From: Gemmatimonadota bacterium
Lineage (GTDB): Bacteria; Gemmatimonadota; Gemmatimonadetes; Palauibacterales; Palauibacteraceae
Assembly: GCA_021295785.1 (NCBI GenBank)
Contig: JAGWBR010000006.1
Span: 17,229 to 81,228 of the forward strand
Reading direction: 5' to 3'
Length of the DNA: 64,000 nucleotides
The position numbers were made by a program, and so were the translations under genes. Position 1 is the first letter of the stretch; every line of letters starts with the position of its first letter. Below, in pieces: positions 34,205-43,813 of this stretch. The notes under the pieces were generated by a model that was given only the letters and a program-made list of their open reading frames with translations, was not told the origin of the DNA and made no database searches.

Positions 34205-34923
34205 GGGGAATCCCCTTCCTCGCGCATCCTGCGCTTCAGTTCTTCCAGCAATTGGTCGGCCCGGCTCTCCCGGCTTCCCTTGTCCATCTTCTCCCACGCC
34301 TCATCCAAGCCGGGGTCGGCAGTCTGGGCACCGCCACCGCCCGCGGCCCGGCTGCCCTGGCTGCCAAGGCCCAGCTCCTCGTCTAGTTCGCGGCGGGCAC
34401 GATCGGTGGCGGCCGCGTCGTCAATGGTCTCGGCGGCCCGGTCGAAGGCGTCAAAGGCGTCGGCTGCGTCCAAGCTCTGTTGTCTGGCCGCGGCGGCCTG
34501 CCCCCGGGCCAGAATACCGCCCTTGTTCGCGGTGGCCTCCTTCAGCTGGGCAGTCATCCGGCGCACCTCGGCCCGCTGCTCCAAGAGGTCGGCCTTGGCG
34601 GTTTCGACCTTCATCACCTGAACCTCGAGGCGGCTGCGGGCCCGCTCCGCAAACTCAAGCCCGACACGGGCAGTTTCATCGTCCCCCACCGCGACCGCCT
34701 TCCCGGCCCGGCGTTCGGCGGTCTTGATTTCACCGGTCAGTCGGTCCGCGACGGCGATCAACTTCTTCACATCCTGTTCCAGCCGGGTGCAATCGGCCTT
34801 GGCCTGGATCAGCTCCGACCGCATTCCCCTCAGCAGGTCTTCAACATCCTCGCGCCTGAAACCGCGCTTCGATTCCATTTCGTCCAGCGCGGATTCAATT
34901 CTGTCTCTGAGTCTCCGGAACAT
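34201..34923 (-). CDS. pspA: PspA/IM30 family protein
   Basis: 240 aa, all-helical with coiled coils. MFRRLRDRIESALDEMESK...DVEDLLRGMRSELIQAKADCTRLEQDVKKL...ERRAGKAVAVGDDETARVGLEFAERARSRLE. Confidence 0.8.
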   Translation of the reverse strand: MFRRLRDRIESALDEMESKRGFRREDVEDLLRGMRSELIQAKADCTRLEQDVKKLIAVADRLTGEIKTAERRAGKAVAVGDDETARVGLEFAERARSRLEVQVMKVETAKADLLEQRAEVRRMTAQLKEATANKGGILARGQAAAARQQSLDAADAFDAFDRAAETIDDAAATDRARRELDEELGLGSQGSRAAGGGGAQTADPGLDEAWEKMDKGSRESRADQLLEELKRRMREEGDSP

Positions 34924-35068
34924 CGCTCCTCGGTCGGCCGGATTCGGCCGTTTGTTGCCGGTCTTTGGCTTGCCGCCGCTCAGCGCGGCCCGCGCCCCTG
35001 CGGGGGCTTGGTGCCGGGCCCCGTACCGAGCCCCGCGTTGCGCCCGAGCATCTTAGTTATCTTACGGA

Positions 35069-37372
35069 ATGGCTGCCGACCAGTCGTTCCAAACCGACGC
35101 GGAGGAAGCCGTTTCCACCCCCGTTACCCCCGCCACGATTGGCGCTCCGCGTACCTATGCGATTGATGGCATGCACTGCGCGGCCTGCGTGGGGCTTGTT
35201 GAGCGGGCGATTTCCGCGCTGGACGGCGTGGAGGCCTCCGTAAACCTGCTCGCGGGCAATGCCACCGTGGCCGCCACGCGCGCGGTGCCCGACACCGAAA
35301 TCATCGCTGCGGTCCGAAAAGCGGGATACGACGCGGTGCCTCTGGAGGCCCCGGCGGATTTGGCCGACAAGAGCGAGGAGCGCCGGAAGCGAGCCGAAGC
35401 TGCCCTGGAGAGCGCTCGCCGGCGCATGGTTCTGGGCTGGGGCTTGACCGTTCCCGCGATGGTGTTGATGCTGTCCCACATGCTGGGCGCGCCGATGTGG
35501 CCCTCGGACCTCGGTTTTCACGCGCTGCTGACCCTGTTCGCGGTCGCGATTCTGGCCGGGCCGGGGCTGGAAACGCTGCGGGGCGCATGGCGGTCGGCGC
35601 GGGGGGGCATGCCCAACATGGACGTGCTCATCAGCATGGGGGGGTCGGTGTCCACTCTCACGGGCGTGTGGGCGACTGCATCGGTGGCCGGCCTGGCTTC
35701 GCCGGTCATGAACTTTGCCGGGGCCGGGGCGATGATCGTGGTAATTCATTTGACGGGGCGCTTGCTGGAGGCCCGGGCCCGGGGCCGGGCTTCCGCCGCC
35801 ATTCAAGATCTCCTGGCGCTCGAACCGCCGACCGCCCGGGTTGAGCGCGGCGGCGCGGAGGTCGAAATCCCGACCCATCAGATGGTGGCCGGCGACGTGT
35901 TTCTTGTTCGCCCCGGCGAGAAAATCCCGGTCGACGGGCGCGTGCTGTCGGGTGCCAGCGCCGTTGACGAGTCGCTGGCCACCGGGGAGTCGCTGCCCGT
36001 TACCAAAAGCGCCGGCGACAGCGTGCTGGGCGCGACCGTTAACCACTCGGGAGCCCTGAGGGTCGAGGCGACTGCGGTGGGAGCGGACACGTTTCTGGCC
36101 GAGGTGGTCCGCATGGTGGAGCGGGCACAGGCCAGCAAGGTTCCGGTGCAGGCGTTTGCGGACAAGGTGACTGCTGTATTCGTGCCAGGCGTACTGGTGG
36201 CCTCGGGGGCGGCGTTTGTCGGTTGGATGTTGTGGCCGGGTCCACTGGCGGCGGCTGCCGAGTTTGCGTTTTCGTGGGTCCCGTGGGAGACGGCGGCAGG
36301 CCTGGGACCGGTTTCACGGGCTCTCTACGCGGCCGTCGCGGTCGTCGTCGTGGCCTGCCCCTGCGCGCTTGGTCTGGCCACCCCGACTGCCCTTATGGTC
36401 GGGACCGGCCTGGGGGCGGGACAAGGCATACTGATCCGCGACGGAGCGGCGATCCAGGAACTGGCGAGGGTGGATACCGTGGCCCTCGACAAGACGGGAA
36501 CCCTGACCGAGGGCCGGCCCGTCGTGGTCGGTGCGACCGACGGAGTCCTGCGGCTGGCCGCGTCTCTGGAACAGTATTCGGAGCATCCCCTCGGTACGGC
36601 AATCGTCGAGGCGGCCCGCGACCGGGGGATGGAGCTGTGGGCCGCCGACCAAGTCGGGGCCGTGCCCGGGATGGGAATCGAGGGCCGGGTCCGGGGCCAC
36701 TCGGTGGTGGTCGGCAACAAGCGGCTGTTGGAGGAACGCGGGGTTTCGCCGCCGCCGGATCCGGTCTCGGATCACGAGGGGGCCACGATTTCTTACGTGG
36801 CCGTCGACGGCCGCGTCCGCGGGACGGTCCTCCTGGCTGATCCGGTGCGCGAGGGGTCCCGGACGGCGCTGGACTCCCTTGGAAGGCTGGGCATCAGACT
36901 CCAGATGCTAACGGGAGACGGCCCTGGCGCGGCGCGGCGAGTAGCGGAGGAACTTGGAATCGATGATTCGCATTTCGGGCTTCTTCCTGCCGAAAAGGCC
37001 CGCCGTCTGTCGAAACTGAGGGAAGAGGGGTCGGTCGTCGCCTTCGTCGGAGATGGCATTAACGACGCGCCGGCCTTGCAGGAAGCAAACGTGGGAATCG
37101 CCGTGGGGACCGGCGCGGGGGTCGCCGTCGAGGCGGCCGGCATTACGCTCGCCAAGGGCGACATCCGCGGAGTGGTCCGGGCCCTCAAGTTGTCGAAGGC
37201 GACCTTCGGCAAGATCCGGCAAAACCTGTTCTGGGCCTACGCTTACAACGTCGCCGCCGTGCCCCTGGCCTTTCTCGGTCTGCTGCACCCCGTCGTGGCC
37301 GAAACCGCGATGGCAGTCAGCTCGCTGACAGTGGTGGCAAACGCAAACCGGCTCCGCCGCCTGCGCCTCTGA
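35069..37372 (+). CDS. copA: Copper-translocating P1B-type ATPase
   Basis: 767 aa. HMA domain [19 protein letters not shown], the CPC motif [20 protein letters not shown], and [10 protein letters not shown]. Confidence 0.95.
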   Translation: MAADQSFQTDAEEAVSTPVTPATIGAPRTYAIDGMHCAACVGLVERAISALDGVEASVNLLAGNATVAATRAVPDTEIIAAVRKAGYDAVPLEAPADLADKSEERRKRAEAALESARRRMVLGWGLTVPAMVLMLSHMLGAPMWPSDLGFHALLTLFAVAILAGPGLETLRGAWRSARGGMPNMDVLISMGGSVSTLTGVWATASVAGLASPVMNFAGAGAMIVVIHLTGRLLEARARGRASAAIQDLLALEPPTARVERGGAEVEIPTHQMVAGDVFLVRPGEKIPVDGRVLSGASAVDESLATGESLPVTKSAGDSVLGATVNHSGALRVEATAVGADTFLAEVVRMVERAQASKVPVQAFADKVTAVFVPGVLVASGAAFVGWMLWPGPLAAAAEFAFSWVPWETAAGLGPVSRALYAAVAVVVVACPCALGLATPTALMVGTGLGAGQGILIRDGAAIQELARVDTVALDKTGTLTEGRPVVVGATDGVLRLAASLEQYSEHPLGTAIVEAARDRGMELWAADQVGAVPGMGIEGRVRGHSVVVGNKRLLEERGVSPPPDPVSDHEGATISYVAVDGRVRGTVLLADPVREGSRTALDSLGRLGIRLQMLTGDGPGAARRVAEELGIDDSHFGLLPAEKARRLSKLREEGSVVAFVGDGINDAPALQEANVGIAVGTGAGVAVEAAGITLAKGDIRGVVRALKLSKATFGKIRQNLFWAYAYNVAAVPLAFLGLLHPVVAETAMAVSSLTVVANANRLRRLRL

Positions 37373-37400
37373 AGCGCTATGTTTGAGGTAACGAAGCTTT

Positions 37401-37418
37401 GGGGACGAACGCGTCCCC
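37401..37418 (+). terminator. Possible copA terminator hairpin
   Basis: GGGGACG-aacg-CGTCCCC (7-bp stem), 29 nt after the copA stop. The T-tail is weak (tctcc). Confidence 0.35.
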
Positions 37419-37509
37419 TCTCCATCACGCCGTCACGCTCCAGAGTTGATCCGCCGGGCGCTTCCGCCGGACGCTCTACCAGACGCGCAACACAAGGACC
37501 GGATTTGAC

Positions 37510-37854
37510 ATGGCGTCGAAATACGTTGGATTCCTTCTCGCGGCTTGGTACCTTACTGCCCCGATTGTGTGGGGCTACCCGATGGGATTCCTCTGGTGGC
37601 ACAGCGCCGTGCTGGGCGGCGCGATCCTGGTGGTAACCGTCTCATTCCACGTGGAGACCAATCGCCTGAGTGGGTGGGGACTGATCGCGGTGGGCCTCTA
37701 CAGCATGCTCTCTCCGTTCCTCCACAGCTACCTGCCAAACGCTCAGGGGCTGTTCAACGACTTGGTATTCGGGGTGCTGACAATCGGGACTGGTGCAGCG
37801 ATGGGGGGCGCCGGCATCGCCCACTGGGAGGAGAAACAGGCCGCCCTGGGCTGA
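37510..37854 (+). CDS. Small 4-TM membrane protein, SPW-repeat-like
   Basis: 114 aa. YLTAPIVWGY and MLSPFLHSY resemble degenerate SPW motifs at helix ends. Hydrophobic throughout. Confidence 0.5.
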   Translation: MASKYVGFLLAAWYLTAPIVWGYPMGFLWWHSAVLGGAILVVTVSFHVETNRLSGWGLIAVGLYSMLSPFLHSYLPNAQGLFNDLVFGVLTIGTGAAMGGAGIAHWEEKQAALG

Positions 37855-37869
37855 GGCCTGTGGGTCCGG

Positions 37870-39093
37870 TCAGGCTCCGTATTTCTTCAAACCACCGGCC
37901 CGCGCTGCTGCGAGGCGCATGAGGTCCCAACCGCGCACCGTGCCGTGGATTCCCCGGGCACAGGCCGCCTCGCCGAACCCTCCGGCCCGGCGTTCTCCGG
38001 GCAGTCCGCCGCCGTGGAGCAGGAAAGGCACCGGATGCCAGCTGTGGCCGCGCATCACGGCGGGCGTCGAGTGGTCTCCCGTCACCAGGAGCACGCCGTC
38101 CCCCAGCACGCCCGCGATGTCGCCCGCCACCGGATCGATCGCCTCGATGGTGGCGACCTTGCGATCAAAATCCCCGTCTTCGCCGGCCTTGTCGGGTGCC
38201 TTGTAGTGCAGGAACACGAAGTCGTTTTTGGGCAACGCGTCCTTGAGGCCGTGCAGGAGAGCGTCTGCGCGGTCGGGGGCCTCAACCGCCTCCATCCCGA
38301 CAAGGCGGGCCACGCCCCTGTACATCGGGTAGGCCGCCACCGCCCGGGCCTTCATCCCAAAAACGTCGGGGAAGAGCGGCCACCGCGGCCTGCCGGAAAT
38401 GCCGCGCAGGAGCACCATGTTGGCGCCGGCCTCCCCGGCCAGGGATTGGGCCGCACGGTTGACCCAGGTCCCGAGCAGTTCGGCGGCACGGCGCGCCCCC
38501 TCCGTCTTGGGCTCGGGGTCACGCGGGGGGACGCCTTCGTGTCCCGGATCCGTGCCGCGGACATCTGTCTCCAACCGCCCGGCACCGCTCCCCTCGGAGC
38601 GAATCACCAAGACGAACCGGTGCTCCGACACGTGGCGCACGAGGCATGTGACCCCGGGGAGGTCGATCTGGTTGAGACGTTCTGTCAGGGGCACGGCGGC
38701 CGAACTGGTGATGCGGCCGGCCCGGCGGTCGGTCAGGCGGCCGCGCTGGTCCACCCAACAGAGGTTGCCGCGCGCCGCAATGTCCGTCTCACGGAGGTCG
38801 AACCGGATGCCCAGAGCCTCCAGCACACCCCTGCCCGTCACGTACCTGAGCGGGTCGTACCCGAACAGCGACAGGTGCCCCGGCCCGCTCCCGGGCGTGA
38901 TCCCCGGGGCTACCGGATGGTGCAGGCCCAACGATCCCGTCCGCGCCAGGTCATCGAGGCAGGGAGTCCGGGCGGCTTCCAGTTCGGTGGGCCCGCCCGG
39001 CTCGCGGGGCAGGCCGCCAAGGCCGTCCAAGACCAGCAGCACGATCTTCCGGGCCGCCGGTTGAGCCAATTCAGCCACGGTCTGCAAATCCAT
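37870..39093 (-). CDS. apgM: Cofactor-independent phosphoglycerate mutase, archaeal type (ApgM)
   Basis: 407 aa. KIVLLVLDGLGGLP...TPCLDDLARTGSLGL...GITPGSGPGHLSLFGYDP...LLVTGDHSTP. Confidence 0.88.
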   Translation of the reverse strand: MDLQTVAELAQPAARKIVLLVLDGLGGLPREPGGPTELEAARTPCLDDLARTGSLGLHHPVAPGITPGSGPGHLSLFGYDPLRYVTGRGVLEALGIRFDLRETDIAARGNLCWVDQRGRLTDRRAGRITSSAAVPLTERLNQIDLPGVTCLVRHVSEHRFVLVIRSEGSGAGRLETDVRGTDPGHEGVPPRDPEPKTEGARRAAELLGTWVNRAAQSLAGEAGANMVLLRGISGRPRWPLFPDVFGMKARAVAAYPMYRGVARLVGMEAVEAPDRADALLHGLKDALPKNDFVFLHYKAPDKAGEDGDFDRKVATIEAIDPVAGDIAGVLGDGVLLVTGDHSTPAVMRGHSWHPVPFLLHGGGLPGERRAGGFGEAACARGIHGTVRGWDLMRLAAARAGGLKKYGA

Positions 39094-39149
39094 GGCCCGA
39101 AGGTAGGGCGGGGACAGAGTCTTTGCCCATCCGAACCGGGAGGGTGCCA

Positions 39150-39860
39150 GTGAGGACCGCTGTGGAGTGCGCCGGCCTGACCCGCCGGTTCGGACCCGTG
39201 TGGGCGCTCAGGGGCGTCGACGTGCGCGTCGGAGCGGGCGCGGTGGCGGCGCTTTTTGGGCGGAACGGCGCGGGCAAGACGACTTTGCTTCGGGTTTTTT
39301 CTACGCTCCTGGGCCCGACCGGGGGTCGGCTGGCGGTGTTGGGCCATACGGTGATGGAGGCCGGTGCCCGAGGCCGCCCCAACCGACTGGCCGCCGAGGC
39401 TGCGCGCGAGCGGATCGCCTGGTTGTCGTCTTCAGGCCACCACTACGAGGACCTCACCGGACTTGAGAACCTGGCGTTTTTTTCCCGGTTGGCTGGCGGC
39501 GGCACCGATGCCGCGTGGCTCCGCGATTTGCTGGACCGGGTCGGGATCGCGCGGGCAGCGAACTTCAAGGTGCGGACTTTCTCCGCGGGGATGCGCCGGA
39601 GGCTGGATCTGGCCCGACTGTGCGCCGCGCCCGCCGATCTGGTTCTGATGGATGAACCGTTCGTCAACTTGGATGCGGACGGGGCATCCCTGGTTCGGGA
39701 GTTGATCCGCGAGTGGAAGGCCGGTGGCGCGGCCGTGATCGTCGCGACCCACCTCGAAAAAGAACTGGCGTCGGTGGCTGACCTCGCAGTGCGCCTGCGG
39801 GCAGGTCGGCCGGACCTCTCCGCCGCCGGAGACCGTCTGCCGGCCCAGGCCGACCCGTGA
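39150..39860 (+). CDS. ccmA: Heme exporter ATP-binding protein CcmA
   Basis: GTG 39150 with GGAGGG 5 nt upstream (the ORF-track TTG 39123 is less likely). Walker A GRNGAGKTTLLRV, signature FSAGMRRRLDLA, Walker B LVLMDEP. Followed by ccmB and ccmC. Confidence 0.8.
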   Translation: MRTAVECAGLTRRFGPVWALRGVDVRVGAGAVAALFGRNGAGKTTLLRVFSTLLGPTGGRLAVLGHTVMEAGARGRPNRLAAEAARERIAWLSSSGHHYEDLTGLENLAFFSRLAGGGTDAAWLRDLLDRVGIARAANFKVRTFSAGMRRRLDLARLCAAPADLVLMDEPFVNLDADGASLVRELIREWKAGGAAVIVATHLEKELASVADLAVRLRAGRPDLSAAGDRLPAQADP

Positions 39861-40537
39861 GCGAGCTTCTGCGGCGCGCTGCCACCATCGCACGCAAGGA
39901 CCTGCTGATCGAAGTGCGGGCCCGGCAAGGGTTTGCCGCCATGCTCTCCTTTGCCGCCCTGGTCCTTTTCATCTTCTCGTTTGCGCTCGGCCCCGATCCT
40001 GCGCTCCAGGCACGTGTTGCACCGGGGCTGCTGTGGACTGCCGTCATTTTCACGGGCACTCTGTCTTTGACGCGCCTGTTTGAGACCGAACGGATCGGCG
40101 ACGGCATTACCTTGCTGCGAATGCACGGCGGAGACCAGCGGGCCGTCTACCTGGGCAAACTGGCGGGCAACCTCTGCGTATTGGCGGCGCTGGAATTGGT
40201 GCTGTTCCCCGGCGCCGCGCTGATGTTTGGGCTGGACTTGGCCGGCCACTTCTGGTCAGTGTTGACGATTGCGGTATTGGGCACTGTGGGGTTCTCGCTG
40301 GCCGGTACCTTCTTCGCGGCACTCACCGCGACCCTGAGGGGAAGAGAACTGTTGCTGCCGCTTTTGCTTTTCCCCGCCCTGATTCCGGTAGTGATCGGGT
40401 CGGTCGGAGCGCTCGACGCCGTGCTGGCCGGGGACCCGCTCGGGCGTCTCGACGGATGGCTCCGGCTGCTGGCTGCCTACGACGTGCTGCTTTGCGTGGC
40501 CTGCGTCGGTATTTTTCCGGTGCTCTTGGAAGAGTGA
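39857..40537 (+). CDS. ccmB: Heme exporter membrane protein CcmB
   Basis: 226 aa with 6 TM segments. ...LTRLFETERIGDGITLLRM... (CcmB pattern). GTGA overlap with ccmA. Confidence 0.8.
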   Translation: MSELLRRAATIARKDLLIEVRARQGFAAMLSFAALVLFIFSFALGPDPALQARVAPGLLWTAVIFTGTLSLTRLFETERIGDGITLLRMHGGDQRAVYLGKLAGNLCVLAALELVLFPGAALMFGLDLAGHFWSVLTIAVLGTVGFSLAGTFFAALTATLRGRELLLPLLLFPALIPVVIGSVGALDAVLAGDPLGRLDGWLRLLAAYDVLLCVACVGIFPVLLEE

Positions 40538-40623
40538 CCCGCTCCGGGCGGGGAGCGCGGCATTAACGGAGGAATGGGCAGATAGCTCAAAACAACGAAC
40601 CCCATCACAGTGGCCCCGCGCCT

Positions 40624-41352
40624 GTGACTGGTGCAGGCGCCTTGCCTGGCCCGCCGCGGCAGCCGGTGCTTGGCTGGACGGCCCTGGCGATGGTCACGGC
40701 CACCACTGTCTGGGGTTTGTTCCTGACTCCGGCCGACGCCGTTCAGGGCGAGATTCACCGGCTCCTTTACGTGCACGTGCCCATGGCGTGGGCGGGCATG
40801 CTGGCCTTGTTCGCGGTTTTTGTCGCCAGCGTCCTTTACCTTGTGCAGCGCGATCTGCGGTGGGATTGCTGGGCACTGGCGGGGGTCGAGATCGGCGTGC
40901 TGTGCACCGCGCTAACTCTGGTTTTGGGGTCGCTCTGGGCGCGGCCGACGTGGGGCATCTGGTGGGAATGGGATCCGCGCCTGACTTCCACGGCCATTCT
41001 GCTGATCATCTACGTAGGGTACCTGCTGGTGCGGTCCCTCGCGGACGATCCGGAGCGGCGTGCACGCTGGGCGGCGGCCATCGGCATCTTGGGGTTCATA
41101 CAGGTGCCTGTGGTGTATATGTCGGTGTACTGGTGGCGCAGTCTTCACCAGCCGCCGTCGTCGCCGCGCTCGATGGCTTCAACGTTTGGCGTTGTTCTGT
41201 TGTCAAACTTCGCGGCGTATACCGTTGCGTTCTTCTGGGCGTTGCGGCGGCGACGGCGGCTGGCCGCCCAGGAGTTGGCGCTTGAGGCCGGCTGTGTTTC
41301 GTCCGACGGGAGGATCGAGAGGATTGAAGGGATCGGGGTGACCGGAGAGTGA
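40624..41352 (+). CDS. ccmC: Heme exporter protein CcmC
   Basis: The WWD motif is WGIWWEWDPRLTS. Conserved His residues occur in YVHVPMAW and in RSLHQ. Confidence 0.88.
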   Translation: MTGAGALPGPPRQPVLGWTALAMVTATTVWGLFLTPADAVQGEIHRLLYVHVPMAWAGMLALFAVFVASVLYLVQRDLRWDCWALAGVEIGVLCTALTLVLGSLWARPTWGIWWEWDPRLTSTAILLIIYVGYLLVRSLADDPERRARWAAAIGILGFIQVPVVYMSVYWWRSLHQPPSSPRSMASTFGVVLLSNFAAYTVAFFWALRRRRRLAAQELALEAGCVSSDGRIERIEGIGVTGE

Positions 41353-41504
41353 CCGAACAACTCAATCACACCTGGTTCATTGCCGCCGGGTATGGCCTGA
41401 CCTGGCTGAGTGTGGCCGGGTACATATTCTGGATAAGAAAACGCGAGAGCCGGGTAGCGGCCCTCGCCTCGATGTTTGACGGATCAACAGACGGAGCTAA
41501 TTGA
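41349..41504 (+). CDS. ccmD: CcmD-like small membrane protein (51 aa; not in ORF track)
   Basis: My own translation: VTEQLNHTWFIAAGYGLTWLSVAGYIFWIRKRESRVAALASMFDGSTDGAN. One TM helix followed by a basic stretch, as in CcmD. GTG overlaps the ccmC TGA (GTGA). Its TGA overlaps the next gene's TTG (TTGA). Confidence 0.55.
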   Translation: MTEQLNHTWFIAAGYGLTWLSVAGYIFWIRKRESRVAALASMFDGSTDGAN

Positions 41505-42499
41505 ATCACATGGGACAGACACTGGTTCCCAGATCGGGTGCGGCCACAACCCGCAAGTGCCGCTGCAACAGCGGAAAATTGGAACACGAATGCTGCTTTC
41601 GAACAGCTGAGTCGCGCGATTCGTTCGATCAATATTTGCAGGACGTAGAGCGCTACCAACTGATCGAGAGCGCGGCCAAGGAACGGGAAATTGCCCGCAG
41701 GGCCAGGGCCGGCGACCGCAGGGCCGCCGAGCATTTGGTGACGTCCAACCTGCGGTTCGTGATTTCCTACGTCAAGAAATACCAGGGCCGCGGGCTGACC
41801 CTGGCGGAGCTGGTTTGTATCGGCAACGAGGGGCTTCTCAAGGCAGTGAAGAAGTTCGACCCCGACAAAGGGGTGAAGTTCATTTCGTACGCCGTTTGGT
41901 GGATCCGTCAGACGGTTCTGCAGGCGCTGGCGGAACAGACCCGTTCGGTAAGGATCCCTCTCAACCAGAACTCAAATCTGGTCAAGCTGTCCAGGTCCGA
42001 GACGAAACTGACCCAGAAGCTGGGCCGTCCGCCGACGGACCAGGAGATCGCCGGAGACATGGAAGAGCCGGTCGACACCGTCCGGGCGCTGCGCCGCGTG
42101 GCGTCGGCCGAGCTCAGCCTGGACGCGCCCCTGGATCAGTCAGACCGCGACAGCGTCTCGTTCGGCGAGCGTTTCGCTCCGCAGGACGACGAGGACATCG
42201 AGGAAGACATCCAGGGTACGGCGCGCCGCGAGTTCCTGGAGAGGATGTTCAGCGTCCATTTGTCGTCGCGCGAGAGGACTATCCTCAACCTGTATTACGG
42301 GCTGGAAGACGGTGAGGAGATGACCCTCGAACAGATCGGCGAGCGGCTCGGCGTTACCCGCGAGCGCATCCGTCAAATCAGGAACCGCGCTTTCGACAAG
42401 CTGCGCGGGTCACGCGACGGAGCAGCGCTCGAGGACTTCTGGCGCGAACCGCTTGATCTGGAAGAGCTGGCCGATGAGCTCAGCGCCGGAGTCGGCTGA
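41501..42499 (+). CDS. Sigma-70 family RNA polymerase sigma factor (regions 1.2-4) with an N-terminal SEC-C-type Cys motif
   Basis: Region 2: NLRFVISYVKKYQGRGLTLAELVCIGNEGLLKAVKKFDPDKGVKFISYAVWWIRQ. Region 4: LEQIGERLGVTRERIRQIRNRAFDKLR. N-terminus: KCRCNSGKLEHECC (41558-41596). The start is TTG 41501 or ATG 41510. Confidence 0.9.
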   Translation: MNHMGQTLVPRSGAATTRKCRCNSGKLEHECCFRTAESRDSFDQYLQDVERYQLIESAAKEREIARRARAGDRRAAEHLVTSNLRFVISYVKKYQGRGLTLAELVCIGNEGLLKAVKKFDPDKGVKFISYAVWWIRQTVLQALAEQTRSVRIPLNQNSNLVKLSRSETKLTQKLGRPPTDQEIAGDMEEPVDTVRALRRVASAELSLDAPLDQSDRDSVSFGERFAPQDDEDIEEDIQGTARREFLERMFSVHLSSRERTILNLYYGLEDGEEMTLEQIGERLGVTRERIRQIRNRAFDKLRGSRDGAALEDFWREPLDLEELADELSAGVG

Positions 42500-42932
42500 A
42501 CTCGGGCAGGCTGAGCACGAAAATTGCGAGGGTGATCACGGCGCTGGCCACGCACCAGCGGCAGAACGCGTGTATCACCCACAGTTCCAGGGCGGTCAGG
42601 TAGCCCGAGAAGACGATCCCCCCCGTGGACATGACCGCCAGCGCCGGGGAGACCCACCTGGCGAGCGCAGCCGGGCCCCGGCCCTCCGACGAGGTTGCCC
42701 CGAGGATGGCCGCCGCCAGCACGGCCGCGTACCACCCCACTCCCCATCCGGCCACGGGGAACCCGAGGAACCGGGCCCACTGGGATCCCTGTACGAGGTC
42801 GCAACTTCCGCCCGCCCCGCATGCCAGTTCTCCGTAGAAACCGAGCGCGTACAGGAACAGGTATATGGAGAGGAACAGGCCGGCTAGCGCCAGGAGCACG
42901 ATCGCCCGGCGCCGGCCCAGTTCGGTAATCAC
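42480..42932 (-). CDS. Vitamin K epoxide reductase (VKOR) family protein
   Basis: 150 aa with 4 TM segments. Loop cysteines C-GAGGS-C. The redox CxxC is FCRWCV. The GTG start overlaps the DsbA-like TGA (GTGA). Confidence 0.8.
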   Translation of the reverse strand: MITELGRRRAIVLLALAGLFLSIYLFLYALGFYGELACGAGGSCDLVQGSQWARFLGFPVAGWGVGWYAAVLAAAILGATSSEGRGPAALARWVSPALAVMSTGGIVFSGYLTALELWVIHAFCRWCVASAVITLAIFVLSLPEFSRLRR

Positions 42933-43738
42933 GACGACTCTTCGTCCGGGCTGGCCCCGGCATCGGCGTCAGTCGCCGTGTTGGCCTCGATCACGGCCTC
43001 CACGACGGCGTACGGATCACCCGCTGTCACATTCACCCGCTCCCCGTTGACGAAAATGGTGGGGGTCGAGTTGACTCCCTTCTGGGCCCCGTAGGCGCGC
43101 GAGCCCGCAATCTCGGCCAGGTAGGGATGGTATCCGGTGGCCTCGTCCCGCATGGCGCTGCAATCGCGGAAGGCCCCGAAATCAGGAACCACCTCTTCGG
43201 CGATCGAGTTGATGGTTCCGTCTGGATCGGCCTGCAGGTACCAGGTGGTCTGACGTGCCAGGAGCATGTCATGCATCATCATGTAGACACCCTGGTCGCC
43301 GGCGCACCGGGCAGCAACATGCGCCCGCAACGAGTTCGGAAAGCTGGGGCCGATCGGGTAGTCATAGGTGACCCAGCGCACCCGGGGATCGGCGTTGTCC
43401 ACGTAGTTCTGGCGGAGCAGCCGTCCAGCGAAGCCGGAGAATCTGGCGCAGGCAGGGCAGGAATAATCCGAGAATTCCTCGATCAGAATCGGAGCCGATT
43501 CGGAGCCGTGCACGACTCCGGTGGCGGGGTCGGCCGAGGCTTCGCCGGCCATCACCCGAAACGCTTCCCACTCCCCTTCCAGGGAGCCTGCGCCCGCCAT
43601 CTGGTCGGCACCACCGCCACCGCCCTGGCTCTGCCAGTACAGGAAAGCCGCTCCGCCAAGGACGATTACGACCGCCAGTCCGTAAAAGACGGAGTTTCCC
43701 TTGCCCGAGCCCTTTTTCTGCTGAGATTTGTTATCCAT
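42929..43738 (-). CDS. DsbA-family thiol:disulfide oxidoreductase, membrane-anchored
   Basis: 269 aa. N-terminal TM helix (VFYGLAVVIVLGGAAFLYW). Thioredoxin-fold active site FSDYSCPACARF. Confidence 0.8.
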   Translation of the reverse strand: MDNKSQQKKGSGKGNSVFYGLAVVIVLGGAAFLYWQSQGGGGGADQMAGAGSLEGEWEAFRVMAGEASADPATGVVHGSESAPILIEEFSDYSCPACARFSGFAGRLLRQNYVDNADPRVRWVTYDYPIGPSFPNSLRAHVAARCAGDQGVYMMMHDMLLARQTTWYLQADPDGTINSIAEEVVPDFGAFRDCSAMRDEATGYHPYLAEIAGSRAYGAQKGVNSTPTIFVNGERVNVTAGDPYAVVEAVIEANTATDADAGASPDEESS

Positions 43739-43813
43739 CAGGTCCTCCCCGGGGCATCACCCCGATTGCAGTTTCCAGTGAATCCATGTTCGCCGTCAGT
43801 GCCGAAGTCGCCG

